A DNA stretch of 64,000 bases. It comes from Desulfobacterales bacterium. GTDB lineage: Bacteria > Desulfobacterota > Desulfobacteria > Desulfobacterales > UBA5616. The notes beneath the pieces were generated by a model, which searched no databases, had not been told where the DNA came from, and saw only the letters and a program-made list of their open reading frames with translations. The stretch spans positions 53,052 through 117,051 of the forward strand of contig JAWODC010000074.1 of the NCBI GenBank assembly GCA_046483495.1. Reading direction: 5' to 3'. Both the position numbers and the translations under genes were made by a program. This document shows, one piece after another, positions 57,893-64,000 of the stretch (within the stretch, counting starts at the first letter, position 1; each line of letters begins with the position of its first letter).

Positions 57893-58606
57893 ATGGAAAA
57901 GAAATTGTGGTGCGGGAGGATCATCAAACCGGTCAGCGTATGTCTCGCGGCGCTGCTCTTATTGACGGCTGCAGGCCCGGTCCCGGGCGAAACGGATACA
58001 GCAGACCCGCCGCCGGTTGAACCGGTCTTCCTTACAAACATTCTGAACAGCCTGGAGAAAAAATATCTTTCCGGAGGCTTTTGTGCCGATTTCGAGCAAA
58101 CATCGACCTTGCAGGCCATGGACATTACGGATACGGCCACCGGAAAAATTTACGTCAAACCGCCCGGCATGATGCGATGGGAATACGAAACACCGGACCC
58201 GCAGCTCATCGTTTCCGATGGTGAAAACCTGTGGGTGTATCGGCCGGAAGACAATCAAGTGATGATCGGTGAATCCCCCACCTTTTTCGGAGACGGCAAA
58301 GGGGCCGGGTTCTTATCCGATATCAGGCAGATCAGGGAGAATTTCGAACTTTCCCTCAAAGAACCGGAAGATCCCGGAGCATACCTTTTAAAAGCGGTGC
58401 CCCGGGAAAATATGCTTGATGTTTCGGTGATATACCTTTTTATTTCTAAAATGGATTTTCATGTGACGCGGGTCATCACCCGGAACACATATGGGGATGA
58501 AACCTGTGTAGACCTGTTGAACATTCGATTCGATGTTGAATTGCCGAACGATATGTTTACGTTCGAGGTTTCCGAGAGCATGGATGTATTGAGGCTGGAC
58601 GAGTAG
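57893..58606 (+). CDS. lolA: Outer-membrane lipoprotein carrier LolA
   Basis: Signal peptide; ADFEQ, KPPGMMRWEY..PDPQLIVSDG.NLWVY.PEDNQV. Confidence 0.9.
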   Translation: MEKKLWCGRIIKPVSVCLAALLLLTAAGPVPGETDTADPPPVEPVFLTNILNSLEKKYLSGGFCADFEQTSTLQAMDITDTATGKIYVKPPGMMRWEYETPDPQLIVSDGENLWVYRPEDNQVMIGESPTFFGDGKGAGFLSDIRQIRENFELSLKEPEDPGAYLLKAVPRENMLDVSVIYLFISKMDFHVTRVITRNTYGDETCVDLLNIRFDVELPNDMFTFEVSESMDVLRLDE

Positions 58607-58630
58607 CGCACCATGAGAGAAAGGCAGTAT

Positions 58631-59530
58631 ATGATGGAAGAAAAAATCAGGAAACTGGCAAAAAAACGAAACGCCGTTATTTTGGCGCACAATTATCAAC
58701 CTCCCGAAATCCAGGACATCGCCGATTTGTGCGGCGATTCCCTGGAGTTGAGCATCAAGGCGGCAAAAACGGACGCGGATGTCATCGTGTTCTGCGGGGT
58801 ACATTTCATGGCGGAAACCGCCTATATCCTTTCTCCGAACAAAACAGTGCTGCTGCCCCGAAAGGACGCCGGCTGCCCCATGGCCGATATGGTGACACCC
58901 GCAGGACTTACGGAAAAAATCAAAGAGATGCGGGATATTCCGGTGGTGACGTACGTCAATTCACCCGCCGATGTCAAAGCCCTTTCCACGATCTGCTGCA
59001 CGTCGGCAAATGCCCTGGAAGTCGTTGCCAGTCTCGATGCCGAGGCGGTATTGATGGTTCCGGACCGGAATCTCGCCCAAAATACGGCGGCCAAGACCGA
59101 CAAGAAGATTTACTGCTGGAACGGGTTCTGCCCCATTCACGACCGCCTGACGGTTGAAGAGGCTTTAGAGGTTAAGAAGAAGCACCCGGACGCCCTTTTC
59201 ATGGCCCATCCCGAATGCCGGCCCGATGTCGTCGCTCTCGCCGATGTGTCATTGAGCACATCCGGCATGATCCGGTATGCCGCCGAATCCGACCACACGT
59301 CCTTTATTGTAGGCACGGAAATCGGCATGCTTCATCCCCTGAAAAAGGCGGCCCCGGATAAAATTTTCATTCCGGCCTCAGAGAAAATGACCTGCGAAAA
59401 CATGAAGAAGATTTCCCTCGAGGATATTGTCCACAGCCTTGAAGCGTTGACCCCCAAGATAACGGTGCCCGAAGCGATTCGAACCAAGGCGCTCACGGCG
59501 GTGGAGAGGATGATCGAACTGAAAAGCTGA
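58631..59530 (+). CDS. nadA: Quinolinate synthase
   Basis: ILAHNYQ, GDSL, FCGVHFMAE, AGCPMAD, YVNS, CPIH, AHPEC, CENMK; alternative start 58613. Confidence 0.96.
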   Translation: MMEEKIRKLAKKRNAVILAHNYQPPEIQDIADLCGDSLELSIKAAKTDADVIVFCGVHFMAETAYILSPNKTVLLPRKDAGCPMADMVTPAGLTEKIKEMRDIPVVTYVNSPADVKALSTICCTSANALEVVASLDAEAVLMVPDRNLAQNTAAKTDKKIYCWNGFCPIHDRLTVEEALEVKKKHPDALFMAHPECRPDVVALADVSLSTSGMIRYAAESDHTSFIVGTEIGMLHPLKKAAPDKIFIPASEKMTCENMKKISLEDIVHSLEALTPKITVPEAIRTKALTAVERMIELKS

Positions 59531-59650
59531 AGGCTCAAAGCTGAAAGCTCGACGTTCGAGGCTGAAGGCAAAGAGCCGGGATTCAAGACTTGACGTTCAC
59601 CTTTCAGCTTTTCCCCCGGCTTTGGACCTTCAGTTCAGCTTTCAGCCTTC
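59519..59650. repeat. Inverted heptamer (GCTGAAA-like) microrepeats between convergent genes
   Basis: AAGCTGA AGGCTCA AAGCTGA AAGCTCG ... CTTTCAGCTTT ... CTTCAG TTCAGCTTTCAGCC. Confidence 0.7.
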
Positions 59651-60391
59651 GGCTCCTTCCAATATATCATCGGGAATATCGGCATTGGTGTATACTTTTT
59701 GAACATCCTCGCAGTCTTCCAATGCCTCCATCATTCGAACCATCTTTTCAGCGTCTTTTCCTTCGAGGCTGGTGGTGGTTTGGGGGAGCATCGTCACCTC
59801 GGCGGCGACATACGCAATGCCGGCCTTTTCGATCGCGGTCTTCACCGCCTCGAAATCCTCGGGGTCGGTGATGACTTCGTAACTCCCGTCATCCTCGCGC
59901 ACATCTTCCGCACCGGACTCGAGGGCCGTCTCCATAAGGGTGTCTTCATCCACCGAATCTTTTTCCACCACGAAATAACCCTTTTTATCGAACATCCAGG
60001 AGACACATCCGTTCTCGCCGAGATTGCCCCCCGCCTTGCTGAAGATATGCCGAATATCCGCCACCGCCCGGTTCTTGTTGTCCGTTAATGATTCAACGAA
60101 AACAGCGGCACCGCCCGGTCCGTATCCTTCGTAGACGGATTCCTCGTAACTTACGCCTTCCAGTTCACCGGTTCCTTTTTTAATCCCCCGCTCGATGTTG
60201 TCCTTGGGCATGTTTTCCGCCTTGGCCGCCGCGATCGCCGTTCTCAGGCGGGGATTTGCGTCCGGATCGCCACCGCCCATCCGTGCAGCCACCGTAATTT
60301 CCTTGATCAATTTTGTAAATATCTTGCCGCGCCTGGCGTCTGCAGCGCCTTTTTTATGCTTGATTGTAGACCATTTGCTATGACCCGACAT
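59642..60391 (-). CDS. yebC: YebC/PmpR family protein
   Basis: [41 protein letters not shown]. Confidence 0.96.
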   Translation of the reverse strand: MSGHSKWSTIKHKKGAADARRGKIFTKLIKEITVAARMGGGDPDANPRLRTAIAAAKAENMPKDNIERGIKKGTGELEGVSYEESVYEGYGPGGAAVFVESLTDNKNRAVADIRHIFSKAGGNLGENGCVSWMFDKKGYFVVEKDSVDEDTLMETALESGAEDVREDDGSYEVITDPEDFEAVKTAIEKAGIAYVAAEVTMLPQTTTSLEGKDAEKMVRMMEALEDCEDVQKVYTNADIPDDILEGAEG

Positions 60392-60472
60392 GGTATACCT
60401 CCTGATTCTATGCCATTCGGAAACGGCTTGAATCAGCCGGTTCGAGAATAGGCGCGAATTATCGTGTTGGTT

Positions 60473-61096
60473 TTATATCGTACACGTAGACTCGGCATGC
60501 TTTTCCATGCCGATGACATATATTTCCCTGCTGGCTTTCCGGGTACTCTTCGGTTTGTAGATTTTGTACGTCCGGTAGTCTTTCTTGACCATGTTAAAAA
60601 ACCGGTCGAAATCCTCCCCCTGAAATATTTTGCAGATAAATGCTCCACCCGGAACCAGCGTCCCCCGGGCGATCATGAATGCCGCTTCGCTCAGGTTGTA
60701 AGAACGGGCCGAATCCACGTGCTTGTTGCCCGTTGTAGACGGCGCCATATCGCTCATCACCACGTGAAACGTTTCACCGCCAAGGGCCGCCGACACGTCA
60801 TCCCGAGAAAAAATATCGTGCTCATACACACTGACCGTTTTCGGCAGGGGCACCGTAACCGGTTTAAGGTCGATCCCTACAACATGCCCCGTTTCACCCA
60901 CGATCCGGGCTGCATAGATCAGCCATGATCCCGGTGAACATCCGAGATCTAAAATTCGCCCGCCCTTTTTGATCAATTGATGCTTTTGCTGAATCTCTTC
61001 GAGCTTGAAGACGGACCTCGCCGGAAAATTCTCCTTTTTTGCCTTCCGGGAATAATGATCCTGCCACTTCGGTCTTTTTTTTTGTGACCGTTTCAT
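60473..61096 (-). CDS. rlmE: 23S rRNA Um2552 methyltransferase RlmE/FtsJ
   Basis: ARSVFKLEEI, DLGCSPGSW, SDMAP, KIFQG, KPKSTR.ASREIY. Confidence 0.95.
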   Translation of the reverse strand: MKRSQKKRPKWQDHYSRKAKKENFPARSVFKLEEIQQKHQLIKKGGRILDLGCSPGSWLIYAARIVGETGHVVGIDLKPVTVPLPKTVSVYEHDIFSRDDVSAALGGETFHVVMSDMAPSTTGNKHVDSARSYNLSEAAFMIARGTLVPGGAFICKIFQGEDFDRFFNMVKKDYRTYKIYKPKSTRKASREIYVIGMEKHAESTCTI

Positions 61097-61156
61097 ATCT
61101 TTATGCCGTGGCGAAGTCAATACGGGCCTTCCTGTGCATCCTCGATGGGTACTAAA

Positions 61157-62518
61157 CTAGAATAAAAAATCCATAGCTTCGGCCACGGTTTTTACGCCGA
61201 CAATTTCCATTTCCGCAACCTCAACGGCACGTTTCATATTGTTTTCCGGTATGAGGCAACGGGCAAACCCCATTTTCCGGCATTCGGCGATTCGAATATC
61301 CACATGACTGACGGCTCTCACTTCCCCGGTAAGCCCCACCTCCCCCAGCACCACCGTACCGTCGAAAACGGGCCGGTCCAGAAAACTGGATGCCACTGCG
61401 GAAACAATGCCCATATCCACCGCGGGTTCATCCACTTTTACACCGCCGGCGACATTCATAAAAATGTCGTGGCCCATCAGGTGCATCCCGAGCTTTTTTT
61501 CCATCACCGCCACCAGCAGCGCCACGCGATTCTGGTCGATGCCCAAAATGGTGCGGCGGGGATTCCCATAACTCGTACCCGAAGCCAGCGCCTGCAGTTC
61601 AACCAGAACGGGACGGGTGCCTTCCATGCTGGCCGTGACCACGGAACCCGGCGCATTTGCCGGCCTTTCCGACAAAAACACCGCCGATGGATTTTCCACG
61701 CCTTCCAGGCCCCGTTCCTTCATTTCGAACACGCCGATTTCATTGGTCGAACCGAACCGGTTTTTTACGGCCCGCAGAATTCTGAAAATATGGTTTCGGT
61801 CCCCTTCGAAATACAGCACCGTGTCGACCATGTGCTCTAAAAGCTTCGGCCCTGCAATAGCGCCGTCTTTTGTCACATGCCCGACGAGGAAGATGGGGAT
61901 GCCGGTGCTTTTGGCCGCCAGCATCAACTGGACCGTCGATTCCCTCACCTGGCTCACCGTACCGGGGGCCGATGTCAGGTCCGCGTTAAACAGGGTTTGA
62001 ATGGAATCGATCACAACGGCAGCGGGATTTTGGCTCTTCATTACGGCGAGAATGGCATTTACGTCGATTTCCGACACGACCAGGAGATTTCCCGAATCCG
62101 TCCCGAGACGGCTGCTTCGAATGCGCAGCTGCCGAACGGATTCCTCCCCGGACACGTACAGCACCTGCTGTCCGGCGGCGGCCATGCCGTGCAGGGCCTG
62201 GAGCATCAGGGTCGACTTGCCGATCCCCGGGTCTCCGCCGATGAGAACCAGGGTTCCCGGCACCAGCCCGCCCCCCAACACCCGGTCAAACTCACGGATG
62301 TACGTCGGGGCCCGGTACTCCGCTTCCAGTTCGACGGAATCGATGGGAACAGGGGTTCCGCCGGCGGCCGCCGGCCCGGTCTTCTTTTTGGACAGCGGCA
62401 TCCGCACTTCCTCCTCGAAGGTATGCCACTGCCCGCAATCCGGGCATCTGCCCATCCACCTGGGCGTCTGGTAGCCGCACGTTCGACAGCAAAAAATGGT
62501 TTTCGGTTCCTTCTTCAC
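61157..62518 (-). CDS. radA: DNA repair protein RadA/Sms
   Basis: C4 zinc finger, GGDPGIGKST, KNRFG, GEVGLTGEVR. Confidence 0.97.
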   Translation of the reverse strand: MKKEPKTIFCCRTCGYQTPRWMGRCPDCGQWHTFEEEVRMPLSKKKTGPAAAGGTPVPIDSVELEAEYRAPTYIREFDRVLGGGLVPGTLVLIGGDPGIGKSTLMLQALHGMAAAGQQVLYVSGEESVRQLRIRSSRLGTDSGNLLVVSEIDVNAILAVMKSQNPAAVVIDSIQTLFNADLTSAPGTVSQVRESTVQLMLAAKSTGIPIFLVGHVTKDGAIAGPKLLEHMVDTVLYFEGDRNHIFRILRAVKNRFGSTNEIGVFEMKERGLEGVENPSAVFLSERPANAPGSVVTASMEGTRPVLVELQALASGTSYGNPRRTILGIDQNRVALLVAVMEKKLGMHLMGHDIFMNVAGGVKVDEPAVDMGIVSAVASSFLDRPVFDGTVVLGEVGLTGEVRAVSHVDIRIAECRKMGFARCLIPENNMKRAVEVAEMEIVGVKTVAEAMDFLF

Positions 62519-62691
62519 CCGTTTTCTTTTGACCTTTCATCATGGTTGTGGTTTGATAAATGCATTCATACCATGCCGTTTGTTTTGGTTCAAGATTCGG
62601 GTTTACCCCCTCATCGCTTTCTTTTAACTGTTACCGTAACCACATGAATGCATTTATCGTTATGACACACATCCGTATGCTTCTGCACCTT

Positions 62692-63570
62692 ATGAAACGA
62701 ATGTTCAGCTTTCCTGCTTTCGGATTGCCGGCACTGTCGGTTTTGTCGATCATCCTTTTTTCCGCAGTCTCGGCACCTGCCGAGGTGGATTATCGGCACT
62801 TCAATTTTTTGAAACGAAAACTCGTCGCGGATGGATTCGATGAGGAGAGAATCAGCGCTTTGTTCAAAGACCCCGACCTCTCATTTACCGGTGATGTGGC
62901 CGCATCTTATTTCCGGCATCAGGAAAGCAAACTGAATTACAAACAGTTCACATCCGATCATGCCATAGAAAAAGCGAAAAACTACATGGATGAATACGGG
63001 GACGAACTGTCCCGCATCCAGGAGGCGTTCGGCGTCGACAAGACAGTGATCACCGCCATTATGCTGGTGGAAACACGGTTGGGAACTTACGTGGGAACGC
63101 GCCCGGTGCTGCGCACGCTTTCGACGATCGCATCGCTTGAAAATCACATCAGCCGTGATATCCTCTGGCGTGAACACTTGAACAGCTACAAATTGTCCCG
63201 GAAAAAATACGATCGAAAAGCCCTTAGAAAGGCCGGGTGGGCCTACCGGGAACTGAAGGCCCTATTGACCTATGCCGAAAGGGAAAATGTAGACCCCGCT
63301 TCCATCGTAGGCAGCTATGCCGGCGCCGTGGGAATCGCCCAGTTCATGCCGACGAATATTCTTTCGCTGGGGATGGATGGAGACCAAGACGGTTCCGTGG
63401 ACCTGTTCACGCATCCGGACGCCATCGCCAGCATCGCAAACTATCTGAAAAATTCGGGCTGGAAACCCGGCATTGACAGGGAAAAGGCATTTAAGATAAT
63501 TTACTCGTATAACCACAGCCGGTACTATGTAAATACGATACTTGAGATATCCGATTTGCTGAAAGGGTGA
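62692..63570 (+). CDS. mltB: Lytic murein transglycosylase B family
   Basis: VETRLG, GSYAGAVGIAQFMP, DGDQDG.VDL, SIANYL..GW, YNHS; start uncertain. Confidence 0.9.
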   Translation: MKRMFSFPAFGLPALSVLSIILFSAVSAPAEVDYRHFNFLKRKLVADGFDEERISALFKDPDLSFTGDVAASYFRHQESKLNYKQFTSDHAIEKAKNYMDEYGDELSRIQEAFGVDKTVITAIMLVETRLGTYVGTRPVLRTLSTIASLENHISRDILWREHLNSYKLSRKKYDRKALRKAGWAYRELKALLTYAERENVDPASIVGSYAGAVGIAQFMPTNILSLGMDGDQDGSVDLFTHPDAIASIANYLKNSGWKPGIDREKAFKIIYSYNHSRYYVNTILEISDLLKG

Positions 63571-63572
63571 AC

Positions 63573-63776
63573 ATGGATCCGAAAACGGCGGTAACGATCA
63601 TCATTCTGTGCATTCCGTTCTTCATCGGCACCGTTTGGGGTATCGTGGACGCAGCCCAGAAAGATTTTGGATCCATCGGTAAAAAAGCCCTCTGGACCCT
63701 GGTGGCTGCGATCCCGTTTATCGGATTTCTGATTTATCTGGCGTTCGGTTTCAGAAAAGGCCGGAAAACCGCCTGA
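63573..63776 (+). CDS. PLDc N-terminal-domain small membrane protein
   Basis: W.IVD...KDF...KALW....IPFIGFLIYLAFG pattern. Confidence 0.8.
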   Translation: MDPKTAVTIIILCIPFFIGTVWGIVDAAQKDFGSIGKKALWTLVAAIPFIGFLIYLAFGFRKGRKTA

Positions 63777-63850
63777 ACGCCCGTTTACATTTTAAAAATG
63801 TTTGACAAAGCCGGCCTGTTTATATATCTCTGCCTATCAACCTCGAACGT

Positions 63851-63925
63851 GGTCCCATCGTCTAGCGGTTAGGACGCCGGCCTCTCACGCCGGTAACCGG
63901 GGTTCGATTCCCCGTGGGATCACCA
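63851..63925 (+). tRNA. tRNA-Glu (anticodon CTC)
   Basis: Acceptor stem GGTCCCA/TGGGATC, anticodon arm CCGGC-CTCTCAC-GCCGG, GGTTCGATTCC T-loop, encoded CCA; TTGACA at 63802 upstream. Confidence 0.97.
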
Positions 63926-63930
63926 CAATA

Positions 63931-63956
63931 AAATCAAAGGACTAACCCTTTGATTT
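63931..63956 (+). terminator. Hairpin downstream of the tRNA
   Basis: AAATCAAAGG-ACTAAC-CCTTTGATTT, perfect 10-bp stem. Confidence 0.5.
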
Positions 63957-64000
63957 GGGGCCTGTGACCCTTTTTTTGACCGGGCGATCAGGTTCCCGGC

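Noticed and set aside
1..64000. Selenoprotein (in-frame TGA) or programmed frameshift candidates
   Set aside because: Recognised proteins appear full length, and no TGA was seen at a catalytic Cys position by eye

Overview
Chromosomal window from an anaerobic deltaproteobacterium. A Desulfobacterales-like sulfate reducer is inferred from the gene content and protein styles. The left ~21 kb looks like accessory catabolism: an acyl-CoA dehydrogenase end, an ADP-forming acyl-CoA ligase alpha subunit, glpK, hypA/hypB with no hydrogenase nearby, two paralogous Cys-rich 4Fe-4S proteins around a GMC oxidoreductase, a thiolase-fold protein lacking its nucleophilic Cys, a TPP enzyme, SDR, tandem NUDIX, an MMPL/RND transporter, and a QueG-like/lactonase/Fe-ADH operon. 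The rest is mostly housekeeping: rsmI, yraN, IHF, tkt, ACAD-etfBA-radical SAM, htpX, lpxR, thiM, pabA/pabBC, lgt, Moco genes, pyrR, rmuC, mltA, trxC, lolA, nadA, yebC, rlmE, radA, mltB and tRNA-Glu(CTC). No transposase, integrase, prophage or cas gene was seen. The strongest non-coding signals are: (i) a ~142-nt ERIC/MITE-like hairpin family with at least 5 copies, whose inner arms differ in sequence between copies yet stay complementary; (ii) inverted 9-mer and 7-mer microrepeat hairpins, one forming the whole predicted trxC 5'UTR; (iii) a 28-nt hairpin direct repeat with a 61-nt period; and (iv) structured leaders before IHF and pabA. All calls come from motif recognition by eye; no searches or folding programs were run.
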